From Marsupella aquatica (lineage: Eukaryota; Plantae; Marchantiophyta), in NCBI GenBank assembly GCA_973895155.1, contig OZ316896.1, forward strand, positions 17,224,754 through 17,288,753: a stretch of DNA of 64,000 nt. The letters run 5' to 3'. Positions 35,331-48,479 of the stretch are shown here, one piece after another; positions within the stretch are counted from its first letter, which is position 1; each line of letters opens with the position of its first letter. The notes under the pieces were generated by a model. The model saw only the letters and a list, made by a program, of their open reading frames with translations. It had not been told where the DNA came from and made no database searches. Both the position numbers and the translations under genes were made by a program.

Positions 35331-38300
35331 TGATTTTTTTTTTTTGCATTATTTCTTTTATGTATTCCTCAGTCTTTGACTAATGTTTCTAGTCTTTGCA
35401 CAATGTGAGTATTCCATATGATATCATTGTTAAATATTGTATATTTAATTGAACATTGCTTACCTAGAATGTGTGAGGTGATTAGATATATTTTGAATGT
35501 ACTCTTACTTGTTCTAACATGAGTTTTTTTTTGCAGTTGAAACTTGCAATGGAGGGCAAAGTGATGGAAGCATAAAATGATATGAATATCTATCACAAAA
35601 ACATGCGTGTCATGAAAATAAAATAAGAGGATATAGGGTAAAGATGAAATAAATGATTTTATTGGTAGATTAAAATTATGAAAATAACACTGAAACTCAA
35701 CCATTGAGAAGATTATTATATCTTTGACATGTCTGAATTGTTTGTGACTCATATTGCTATTCATATAAATATTTTAAATATATTGTTATGTGAATGACTT
35801 TAGCTTATTACTTGCTTCCTTCTCTTCTAGGTCTCCTTCACATATATGTATGATTCAAGTCATTGATTTTATTGTTTTCTCTGTAGGTCTTCTTAAGAGA
35901 GATAGATAAGTGAAAGTCAAACACCCAATCAAGACCCCGATCAAAGTAGGACTATCATATGATCCATATAAACTTCAGGCTCAACGTACAGTGTAAAGAT
36001 TAATTAGACTATACACTGACATATATGGATCATGATCATTCAAGGCAGTAAATCCATATACAAAGTCAACTTGGATATATTGAGGCTAGAGCATTGGTTG
36101 GCCTTATGATGTTACATATAATATTTGTTTATAGTGTTTGTTTGACATATTCAGTTGCCTAAATGATAAAAGCAGAGTCCACATACATTTTGTGGTGCAA
36201 AATCATTAAATGTTATTTATTGAGTGGATAAATCCCACAGCAGCAAACAAACAATAATTTGCATATATCCATGACTGTCATGAAAAAAATTTGGGTCCAC
36301 ACATTCTTTTCAACTACACATTTAGATATATTTGTATGTGGTGAGCCTCTAAATAACAAGTTGGAGTCCTTATCACATCTTAACAATAATCTCTGTTCGT
36401 CATCAGTACAATAAAGTAATTTAATATATACAATATTTCTCAAAACATATTTAAGTAGTTTAAATATATAACATATATGGTACATGAGTGCTATGATTCA
36501 AATAACATGAAGTGAACCGTTATCCAAGGTAAAACTATGGTTGAAATCTGGCCATAGGACATCCTCAAAGTCGTCTTTCAGCCCCTATCCTTGAGGTGAA
36601 TCATGTGTTCAACATTGATTCTAGGTACATGTTTCTGCTGCCAATAGCCACGACAGCAAAGGGGAGATATATATTTATTTGTGCGCTAACATTTATCTTG
36701 ACTAAGCTAAATTTTATGCATATAATAAGTTGAGCCAATGAGTAGTCAACTCAAAGATGTACTTGTGGAGCCCGTGCCATAGTGCTATGTTTTGCAATTG
36801 TTGATGTGGTGTAGTGAGTGGTGTCACCCTCTATGTAAACCTCGTGTATTTATTTGGACTGCTAAGATCGTGCAGTCCCGCCAAAGCACTATCTTGAGAG
36901 AAAGTAGAGTCCCATGAAATTGAGTAGGCATGTGATGGGAGAATAAGATGATAGACTATGGAGAAGAAAGTTACATATTGAGATCAGGAGCTAGAGATGG
37001 AGTTGAAGAAAAGTTGTGGCAACAGTTCCTCTAGTGGAGACAAAATATACAAGCCAGACTTGAGCAGAGAATATAACATGACATCATTGGAGTGAAACTC
37101 TTGTTAACATTTTTTTAGGGTAGTTGTCAGTTTGATAGTTGTTCATTAGGTAAGGTTGTAATGTACAATAACCCATCCAGTATAGTAGACGTGGTGTACA
37201 GTTGGAATATTATGTATTACATATATCATATATCCCAAAATAAGGTGTAACACATAGTATTATGGTATGAGGTGTTGATTAGCAAAAGAGGGACCCAGTA
37301 GCAAGCAATGAACACTATGTAGTCCGAACATGACCCTAAACCCTTAGTTTACTATGCGTTGACTATTTTCAACTCAAAATATATTGCAATATTGTTAAAT
37401 AATGATGAGTGGACTGATGATTTCTTTGTGAACCGCACTTGTTTGTGTGGTTACAATTCATTGTAAACTACAATGACAATGAATGACCTAGTGAAAAATC
37501 AAACTCTAGTGACAATGAAACCCTAATAAAAATTAGATTCTATTATTAATAAACCAAAATTGAATTAGTCTTGAAATATCATATTATTTTGGTTTTGAAA
37601 AATATTAATTATGTAATGTTTAATTGATGATACAATTCTAATGATAATAATTTAAGAATAATGTGTCAATATTGTAAGCGAATTGATTCTATAATGATTT
37701 AGTAAAGACTTTTACATCACAACATTGTCACTCTGACATTTATCAAACTATCAATTATGAATCATTGGAGTATCATTGATTATTATTTGGGTGTTGAATA
37801 CATATTGATATTCTAAATAATATAAACTTGTTGAAAATTATTGTGGACTTTTTGATGAGTTATCAAATTAACATTTTCAAAATTTTCAACATGAGATATA
37901 TAATAAAAACCATTTGTCGTAAACATGAGCCATATATTCATAAATAAATAAACAATGATAACATACTTAAAAAATTAACTCTAAAACCCTATGGGAAATG
38001 TTGAAAATTGCAACAATGAATCATTGGTGAAATGTTTTGCATATACAAGAGTAATATTTATTTGTTGGGATGAAATCATCATGGAACATTGTTGGAAAGG
38101 AGAGACATCAAGTTCCTGATGAACCACCTCCACGACTCTACCTCAACCTAGATTTTAAGGAAAAAACACACTTTAATGGACCTTAACACCATGCCTACTC
38201 TGCATTGCCTCCCCAATGCATGCATTGATTGATGTTTCAAGAGGATTGACAAACAAACAAGATAGCCCCTGCAAATCTCAAGGACCATAAACACCCTAGA

Positions 38301-41300
38301 CTCAAATCATCTGAAGAGAATGTAGTCATCCTTGAGAGTTTTCCAAGACACCCAAGATGTACTCTAATGGACTTCACATTGAGAAATTGTCATTTTTGTT
38401 CGATGTTTCTCCTTCGTAGCGCAACCGTTGTGCTTCATGACTTGGGCTCGCCCCTGGCCCACTAGGGGACACCACTCCCAGGCTCATACAAGTGGGGATT
38501 ATTTTGGGCAATATTTCTAGAAATATTACTCAAAAAGTCCATATGGTCACTGGCTCGTCATCCAATGATTGTCACAAAGTTTCAAACTTAGAGATGATGG
38601 CTTTTCTTGGTTTTTGATTCCTTTCCCACTAGTCTCTAGAGTGACCTTATGGTCATGATAAGGTCATAACAAAAATCATGGACTATGAATTTGGCAGTCT
38701 ACAACTTTTTATGTCACTAGGTGAAAGCCCATCAAATTTGGAGATATGAGACCCCTAGGCGAGAATGATCCAAATCCTTATTAGAGGTTTGGGGATGGAA
38801 GGAGATAACTTTTTCTCTCACTAACCTTAATTACCAGGTTAAGGTCCATCAAATCAGATGAGACCCCTAGGTGAGAATGGTCCAAATCCTTATTTGGGGA
38901 TGGAAGGGGATGGACAAGGATGCTGAGTCTAGACCACATACCTCCAAAAACGAAATTGTTATGGTGAAGTGAAGGCTCACCTGCCATGGATCCACATCAC
39001 TGCCAATTGAGGCCTCTGGCCGTTGGATGCCAGATCAAATTCAGTGCCACCCACATACTGCAATCGTGACTCGTCTGCGTCGAAATTATGGCACACATTT
39101 GAACATTTATGTTGCGAGTGCGAACATCAATGGCGGGAACGTTACCTTCAATTACTTTCACAGCTTCGAGAATTTCGAGAATGGAGAACGGGAGAACCCA
39201 TCACTTCACAGTGAGTGGTGGTGGTTTGATTGTGTCTGTCAATCGCTCAGTGAGTCCCAGCAAGGTACTAGTAGTAGTAGTAGCTATCGTAGCAGCTACA
39301 GATTGGTGTCCTCCGCATTTCTCTCCAGAGCGGATTCTCCGTGTCTGTACATCACGTACCGTATGTTATTTCCTCTCTGCAACTCTTGATGCACAGGATA
39401 CGTCTCTGTACATGGAGCAGACTAGTACTGTACACCTTCCAAAATTCGTTATGTTCTCGTGATGATGTTGCTCTGCGGATTCAGAGTCCAGAGTCCCACA
39501 CTGATGATGCTCAGAAGATTTTGTGTGCTGGTTTAATGGGGCGGTTTTCCACCAGACAGGAGAGACTGAGAGTGGTTCAGTTGATTGGACTCGATGATGG
39601 AATATTGGCAGACTGTAAAGAGTAATGTAGTTGCAAGGTCTGGAGATTGAAGCTCTGGAGTACGTACAACTGTATTTACTTTGTGTGCGGCACCTTTTAC
39701 CACCTAAGCTGCTTTGTACTTAGTCTCTAGGTGGGGTACGCAGGTTGACCACTGCTGTTTCGAGAGCACGTAACGAGAGGTCGATCTGGGATGCACTACT
39801 GATACGTGCCCTTCAGCTAGCTCAAAGCTGCAATTTGCAAGAAAGCCTTGGTTCGAGGAGCAGCTTGTGTGCCCCAAGCATTGAGTTCATTTTCCCTAAT
39901 GGTTCTCTCTCTTTGACTCCTACTCTGTAGCGAGTGAGATATTTTGGACCGTGTTTCTGTGCATCTGGTCCATCACTCCCTGACACGGCTCGTTCTGTCA
40001 TTTGTGCTCCTCGGCTTTTTGAGAAGCGCGAATTCCTTGGTACCTGGCGCTGTGCGCTTGTGGGAGCTGAAGCTGAAGCTAAGCTAAGCTAAGCTGAGCT
40101 GAGCTGATCCTACAGAAGTTCTGTTGCATCAGGGAGTAGGTCTCCAGAGAACTTGCGATCACTTGAGCTGGGATTTGTGAGATCTCGAGCTTTTGACAAG
40201 TTTCTGAGCAGTGTGTTTGACGGAGTTTCTAGTACGAGGTATGTTTCATCGCAAACGCGGTCTCTCTTGGGTCTTAACGACGATTGTAAGTTGTTTGTTT
40301 GGATTCACTTTACTGAGAGCTGCATGTTCACTAGGATTCGATCACTGCAAACGCTTCGATCATGAAAGGGACTCTTCTCAACCTCAATTCGCTGCAATGG
40401 ACTAGGTGCGGCGCATAGGATCTAGAACTCATGGGGCTGAGTCGAGGTTTTGCCATGGTTCGGTCTCCCGCTCATCTGGCCGTGCAATGTATTCCTTTGC
40501 ATTTCATTGCGGCTCGGAACTAGCTTATGGCTGCGGACCAGTCGATTGATAACTCCAGCAAATATCGTCCGGTCTACTGTTTCTAGCAAATTGTGTCCTT
40601 AGCCTACTCCTAATGTCTGCCCAGCTTCCGTACGTGCGTGATCGAGCTATGGTAGGAGCCTGTAAATCGTGCTGTCTAGCTGAAGCTGTTGCATTGAATG
40701 GTGTAGGGTGCTGAGTCCAGAACCGCCAGAGATAGAGAGTTGTGCTTCCATACGATGTAAGTGTGTTCGATTTGAAATAAGAAGGTTGACAAATCAGTTT
40801 TTCCCCATTGTCCATCGTGGTCTCGGGCGGCCAAAGCATTGAGGTGGCAAAAGGACCCGATCGACCAGCACTTCGGAAATTCGACGAACGGTAGAATTAA
40901 TTACTTCATCTTCAATCCAGCAGATTCACAGCACTCTTTGTGTGTGTGCATTGTTTGGTTAATGTATAAAAGTGCATATCACAACTCGTACAGAGCTCGG
41001 AGCACAGACTTATAGAGTCAGGGGACCATGGCGTCTCATGTTCTAGCTCCTGTCCTGATATCTTCTGGCCGCCGATGGCTCTGACCACACTGTTTGTGAG
41101 TTCTGAGTGGTCTTCGTAGAGAAGCTTTGGATGATTTCTGGCATTGGACATCGGAATGTGTAGCCCCGAGCTGTCGGTACATGATGATGTAGTTCAATCA
41201 CTCGAACTTTGTTGCCTCTCGCGTGCATTTCAGCTAGGCAGATTCTTCGCTCCTTTCTCGGGTGTAGCATATATCTGTTTCTCCTAGTTCAGTGAAGCAT

Positions 41301-42029
41301 TATGTTTCATAGAGTTTCCTTTCAGCAGAGTGCCTACCGCAACTGTAACAATGACAGCAGTCTTATCCTCCAGTAGAGATTCACCCCACACGGTCTTTTC
41401 ATCTGCGTCTTAAATCGAGTGAACACCATGTCACGAAGTGCCGTAGACCTTCAACGCAGGAGACGACGACTGACAAATCCGAGGTCGCTTGAAAATGACC
41501 GGCTTCGAACTCTCCGCGTCTTTTGGCTGAATTAGATAGGATTGTGGTACATGAGGTTGTGCGGCCGAAATCACAGCGCTCAAGACTCGTCGTTCGACCC
41601 GTGTCCTTCGTATTTAGATATTGTGCCCAAAGCCTCAACTCCCATCACTGCAAGTCTCAGTCCGATGCATATCTCGCATCGGCTGTACTTTTGCTGCATC
41701 CAGTCGCCAGACATCAAATTGACCAAGATCTGGATCTGTTCCGGATTGGAGTCTCTTTCTTCTGTCCTGGAATGGTTTGTTCGAACGGACGTGTGATTGG
41801 GATACTTTGTTCGGGTGACTCTGCTTCGTCTGTTTTGAGCTCCTCAGTGTGGGGCAGACGACGGTGGTTGCATTCTCTCTGCGGCTCTACGATCTACTTG
41901 AGATGGCACCTAGGGTCGTCATGTTTTCTATCATTAGCTGTGTTGCGATAATTATCGTTGCGGGTAGAACAACAGGTCCGGAGGCTTACACAATGGATGG
42001 ATGTTGTGATGATCAGGCATTTGGTCATC

Positions 42030-42940
42030 ATGGACAAGAAGGCGACCATTTCCAGCGGGATCGCAACGTTAGTTCTTTTCAGCGCTGTTCTAATGGGTGC
42101 AATGGCGGAAAACTTTGATGTCGGCGGTCAGAAGGAGTGGATAGTCCCGTTCGGTGGTCTCAATTATACTGAATGGGCCCAGAACATCACGGCGCACGTT
42201 GGCGACTCTCTGTGTAAGTTCGAATCCTTAATCATCTTGTCTCCTTGTCGAGTGCGATTATTGCTATCTCGTGGACATCAACAGAGAGAGAGAGTTGAGC
42301 TCGTTATGAAGAAGATTCTCGAGCATGGAGTCGAGCTCGTTGTTTGTGGTCAATTCTCTGGCATTGATGCTTTTTCCATGTGAATTTCGATGATTTCGTA
42401 GTGGTCATTTAAAACCTTCCGAGAGTAACCTTCATATGGTGTCGAGACTCGGGAATTGTATAATTGAGTCCGCTCTACGAAAGAAAAGGATGATCCACGG
42501 GCAGCATAAGTGCAGGGTTTCATCAGTGTTGTATGACGAACAAAGTGGCCTGATGGGGCACAATTCTCCCATTCATGACTGTTCTTAATGCAGACTTCAA
42601 GTACAATCCCAACTCCCACGACGTGCTGAAGGTGGATGCCTTAACCTATGCATCGTGCAACATTTCTGCTCCTCTTCTTCAGACCTGGGACACTGGTGAC
42701 ACAACTGTGATGCTGAACGAGACGGGGACCCATTATTTTATTTGTGGAGCGCCCAATCACTGTTTGATGGGGCAAGCCTTCGCCCTTGAGGTCTCTCCAG
42801 TTGGCTCAGATGTGACTCCCTCTGGTCCCAACATTTTGAGCCCTCCCGGTTCGCTCAATGGGGCCCCATTGTGTTCCAGGCCTCACGCGTGGCTGACGAT
42901 AATATTGAGCGTGGTGATTTCTCTCTATAGTAGTAGCTAG
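42030..42940 (+). CDS. Phytocyanin (stellacyanin-type blue copper protein), ~176 aa, signal peptide and probable GPI signal
   Basis: Exons 42030-42213 and 42594-42940 with a phase-1 GT-AG intron, giving VGDSLYFKY. Motifs DVGG..EW, NYTEWA, SHDV and YFICGAPNHCLMGQ give ligands His/Cys/His/Gln. Hydrophobic N- and C-termini. An alternative in-frame ATG lies at 41994. Confidence 0.92.
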
Positions 42941-44515
42941 TTGCTTTGCGAAAGAATAGGCGGTGGCTGAGTTTAGCTTTTTGAGATTCCCAACTGACAA
43001 CTTGGAGAGAAGTGGACCCGGCTGCTGTTTCAGCTGACAAGTCGGCTTTAGTGAGTTACCTACTGAGTAGGGACTTGTCCCCTCTGCAACCAGGAAGGGC
43101 AGGTGGGTTCACTAATGGATTCCGCCTCCACACGTCAACTCGATATTATATAGGTGGTATGACAGTAGCCATTTCTCGGATAGGTTTCTCCGAGGAATCG
43201 AGTGTTTTTGGAACGTAGATTACTGATCGGCATGTCTAGCACATAAGTTACCTAGAGGTTGGTCTTTTTTGGCGAGCTCCCTTTTCGAGAATTTTGATGT
43301 TACTGGGCCTCTAGAGCTCAAACAATGAGTTATTGTGTGAGCATTGACATGGAAATCACGGGTGATAGGGAAATGTTTCTCTGCAGTTTTTGAGCCCGGG
43401 GGCGGGGTGGGGTGTGCGAGTCGGTCCGTGTTGGCCCGTGTGGGGCAAAAGATTTGCAGAATCTATTTATATTCGATCTAGGCACTCGAACTAATACCTA
43501 CATAGCCAAAGTTTTAAAACTAGTAGCGGACGTTTATGTGCTCGCAGAGACTTTCTATTCTGGAATTGAAAATAACAATGAATTTTCTTCTCCATACTCC
43601 TATTGATTGTCAATGGCATCTAGAGCTTGTGAGCGCTCTTTATGGTTCAATTAGCGTAAGTGTAAAGGAGATGCAAAGGTGGTGTACCCGCAATGTCTTG
43701 GTTGATCCACCTAGCTGTCTCGTAATATAGACCATGAATCCAATTCTGGTTTGAACGGCTTTTGGCTTTTTCTTTAGTAGCATGTCGTTGAGATTATTAT
43801 TGCGTAAAGAGCAGCAAAGTTTCAGTGTCAGACTTTCTTTGGAATCAGCCATGCGCTTTATGAATTCTTTTGCGTATCTCTTCTCAATCCCACACCGAAA
43901 GCATCACTGTACTATTGCTGCCGTGTTGAAGATGACATTAATTTACTTTTCTGCGTGGAGGAAAGGTTATGCTGGGAGTCTAATTGAACACGAATCAAAG
44001 GAATGGAAATAATCAATAACCAATTTATTTGAGAGAGATTCTGGCTACTCTAAAACTGGGATAAGCAATTTTGATCGGATCTTCCTCCAAAGTGTGCATA
44101 GTAGAAAACTTCATCTATTTTAGAGACTGACAGTAGGAAGAGAAAGTTACTTGCTGGTTGCAGGACGCATGGACCAGGTACACAAACTGAGAAGTTTCCC
44201 TGTAATTCCGTAATGAAATTATACATGACTCATGAATAATATTGACCTCAAAAGCAAGAGAACGGTGACAACTATGCACAATCATATTCACTACTGCACC
44301 ACTTCACTCGGTGCATTCTTCCCTACCTACTTTTAAATTACTCCGATCGATGGACATGTGTAGCTTTCCATCGATCAATTTCACGCATATGATCAGTGTC
44401 ACACAATGCACCTCTGAATTTGGACAAACTATGGCAACACACTCTTAGTAACAGACAAGCTAATTATGACAGGCACATTCTACGTTAAAATTATCATCGT
44501 GCTAAGGCGTTCATA

Positions 44516-47414
44516 CTACAAATTCGTGTGGTGGAAGTTGGATTGCGAATCACCATCACCATCCGAGAAATCCACGTCGTCATCTATTGAGGCGTCCTGG
44601 TATTGTTGGTATTCGGAGACGAGGTCGTTCATATTGCTCTCAGCTTCTGTGAATTCCATTTCGTCCATGCCTTCGCCCGTGTACCAGTGAAGGAAGGCTT
44701 TCCGCCTGAACATGGCCGTGAACTGCTCGCTCACCCTTTTAAACATCTCCTGAATTGCGGTCGAGTTGCCGATGAACGTGGCCGACATCCTGAGGCCCTT
44801 GGGCGGGATATCGCAGACGCTGGACTTCACGTTGTTCGGGATCCACTCAACGAAGTAGGACGAATTTTTGTTTTGGATGTTGAGCATCTGCTCGTCCACC
44901 TCCTTGGTGCTCATCCGACCCCGGAACACGGCGGAGGCGGTGAGGTAGCGGCCGTGGCGTGGGTCGGCAGCACACATCATGTTCTTGGCGTCCCACATCT
45001 GTTGAGTTAGCTCTGGGACCGACATCGCTCGGTACGAGATGGAGCCCCGGGAGGTGAGTGGAGTGAATCCCACCATGAAGAAATGGAGGCGCGGGAAGGG
45101 AATGAGATTAACAGCTAGTTTGCGAAGGTCTGCGTTGAGTTGCCCGGGGAAGCGAAGGCAAGCAGTCACGCCCGACATAGTGGACGAGATGAGATGGTTC
45201 AAGTCTCCAACTGCAGAGCATATCAGGGGATCATAAACATGTTCAAATCCATCAGATCGACTGGACCAGAACTTCCTGAATGCTCATTTGAAGCATACAT
45301 GGAAATCTCGGTGGACTATATAACAAAAACGATCCGTATTAACAGTGCTACAGTATCTTAACATCCTTCATTCCCTATTCTTGTGAGCTTCATTTGTATC
45401 AGACCTTAATTATGCGACCTTCAAGATGCCCGTGTGAAAAAATTGCAATCGTTTTGACTATCTAGTGCTCGATTGCTTTGAGTAACGTATTTAGGCTCCA
45501 GCTAGTGTTATTGCGCGCTGTGATACATAGCTGATATAGGACTTACAAGTAGGAGTGGTGAGCTTGAGGGTTCGGAAGCAGATGTCGTAGAGAGCTTCGT
45601 TGTCTAAAATCATGCACATATCCGCGTTCTCCACAAGCTGGTGCACGGACAGCGTAGCATTGTAGGGCTCCACTACCGTATCCGATACTTTGGGTGACGG
45701 CACCACAGAAAATGTGACCATGATGCGGTCCGGGTACTCCTCTCGGATCTTGGAGATCAACAAAGTGCCCATCCCAGCTCCAGTCCCACCTCCCATGGAG
45801 TGACACACTTGAAATCCTGCACGCCATATGATTAAAATGTACAGACCACAAGCGGTGCGTATAAATTTGTTAGCATTCTGTATGACCGATGCTGAAAATC
45901 AAGAATTTCCACGATTTAGAATGTACATGTTTTAGCCAGCTGACAGGATCATAAACTTTCAAAACCTTCCACCGAGATGGCCTCCCCTTTGATGAGCAGC
46001 AAGAATTAAAATCATGCCCTTGATTATACTGTAATTACAAATCTGACTAGAGTCCTGAGTTATCTGAGCATACATGGGACGGATGAATAATACCATCAGC
46101 AGGAAGTACGCCATGAGCAGTTCTATCAGATGTGATCATGATCTTCAGAGCATTCCACAAGGGAGAGAAAAATTATGGTCTACTATAACGTCATTTGAAT
46201 GTGAGCTTCCTTGGTTGACCTCGGTCAACTCCAGGTTACTTGGCTTAGCTTCAGATACTCATCTGAGATCAGAAGATCATACATTGTCAAGAAGCAGGCA
46301 TCAATCACAAGGAAAATTAACAAAAGTCATCCTTTAATTAGGGAAGTTCGATCATGTCAGGGTGTATTGTCTAGATGTATGATATAATTCCATCTTCTAT
46401 TCAACTCGTAGCTAGCGGGGTAAGGTTCCCTTGCCGATTGTCTTTGGCAACCGTCGACCTGAAGAAGATCATAGAAATTGCTTTCATAGACATTGCGCAT
46501 GTGATTTTGATTTCGTTTCAAGTTAGATGCAAAGGTTGCATCTCCTTTCGAGAATTACACAATTTCTCCATATCCCCGGCTGAACGGCCCTTGGGCTCTT
46601 CTCTGCTTCTCATTAAAAGCAGCTGTGGGCAGCTGTGGGGCTGTTGAGCCCTGTTTTAAAGGGAGTGATCCTGATAAAAAACCTTCGTGTTCTCGTTTTC
46701 AATTGAGTTGCTACGGTTGCTACTTTGCTACTCAAAGTAAACAGATGTTTCGTCCTGCCTTACAAATTACAAAGGTTTCGTTTACCGAAGAAATGTTTTT
46801 TCAGATACGTTGTTGTGGGGATTAATTAATTTCGATCGACGAACGACAGTTTCAGCCTCTGACACCCTAAATTGTTTACATTGTCGTGGATTCAGGGTAG
46901 GTGGTCCAATCGATTGAGACGAAGTCAAGTAGTTTAGCTGGAGTAGGCAGATCAGCGTCGATCAGTGCGATTGGGAGAAAATGACTTGATCAAGTCCGGT
47001 TTGACTAAGGGAGAACATACCCTGCAAGCAATCGCATCCCTCGGCCTCTCGACGAACAATGTCAAGAACGGAGTCAATGAGCTCCGCTCCTTCGGAGTAG
47101 TGGCCCTTGGCCCAGTTGTTGCCAGCTCCAGTCTGCCCGAAGATGAAGTTGTCGGGCCTGAAGATCTGTCCGTATTGGCCCGACCGCACGCTGTCCATGG
47201 TACCCGGTTCCAAGTCCATGAGCACAGCTCGAGGCACATACCGACCTCCATTGGCTTCATTGAAGTAGACATTTACCCTCTCAAGCTGCATATCGCTGTC
47301 CCCATGATACACTCCAGTACTGTCGATCCCATGCTCGTCGCAGACCACTTCCCAGAATTTGGCTCCGATCTGGTTGCCGCACTGCCCAGCCTGGATGTGC
47401 AGTATCTCTCTCAT
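44516..47414 (-). CDS. TUB: Beta-tubulin (divergent isotype), 452 aa
   Basis: Exons 47414-47021 (394 nt), 45816-45547 (270 nt) and 45210-44516, at the canonical plant intron positions. Motifs [20 protein letters not shown] and [16 protein letters not shown] probable 5'UTR intron acceptor lies near 47513. Confidence 0.98.
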
Positions 47415-48479
47415 TCTGCTGTTTTAGGCCTCAGTCTCTTCAGTCGGTGGATTGCCCTGTCTGGTAGCCTACCGCCCTTTGAGATCACAGTAACCAGACA
47501 ATCCTTCTTCCGAACCTGGAGAAGTTAGTGAATTACGACATGGACCAAAAGGCTTTGGCGAGTGCCGGCTGAAATCGGTCAATTTGATTCATGTCGAACA
47601 ATGCTTAGAATACATGATCATGCGCGGAGCCGATCGATACATCGTTAGCGAGCGCGAGAGATGGTAGCTCCCGCTTGCCTCCGATCTTCTTGCGAGCATA
47701 TGCGCAATTATTGAAAAAGTTGCACGGAAGATTAGCGAAACTTCCGACAGTCAGGAAACGAATTTCATTAATTTATGACATTCTGAAAGAACAGCTCAGA
47801 GCTCGGAGCAGCAGTTGATCATGGGTATCGTGGCCTGTTCACTTGCCAGCATCCGGGTTCCAAAACAGAAAATGGTAGGAGTTGGACGAAGGGGAGCATA
47901 TAATTGAGATAGTGAATGCAAGATCTCGTAATTGCTAGGCTGGGGTGTGAATGAGTTCCGTTGTCCGGTCGTAGGAAAGGGAATTTGCTAGCTCAACACT
48001 GAAGAACGATCTGGATCACTGTGGAGACCAAGATGCGCAAAACCCGCTGTGATGCAACAACTACTGCATCGGAGCCAGGTAGACAGTCAAGATTTGATGT
48101 GCCACAACCCTACCTACTACACTACACTGCAATGCAATGCGATGCAGCTCGATATACTGCAATGCAATGCAGCTTGAGAGCTCGAGAGCTCGAGAGTTGC
48201 AATAATTGGAAATGTACGTACAGCAACAGTTCGCAAACCCATCCGTTTGTGAAATCAAACCAATCCTATGAAGCGTCTGTTGTTGAGAACTCTTGATCAA
48301 ATGAACGCCAGGAATCAATCAATCCTATGAATTGAAGCGGCACTCGATCCGGCGCGAGAGAGCATCTGCTCAGAGAGGGAGGGAAGGAAGGAAGGAGGCA
48401 GAAGGTTGTTAATGAATACCGTTGGAACTGTCCGAGCAAGCCAAGAGGTCCGCCCAATCCAATTGCTGGCCTGTCCACC

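Noticed and set aside
35870-38990. Exon-like remnants of a further transposon gene
   Set aside because: Splice-like sites and TE-like sequence are present, but the translations are too degraded to assign.
39023-41950. Many 60-140 aa ORFs upstream of the phytocyanin
   Set aside because: They overlap in all frames without domain features and are consistent with leader or intron sequence.
44603-47528. Plus-strand ORFs of 135 and 187 aa overlapping tubulin
   Set aside because: Antisense shadows of GC3-rich tubulin exons.
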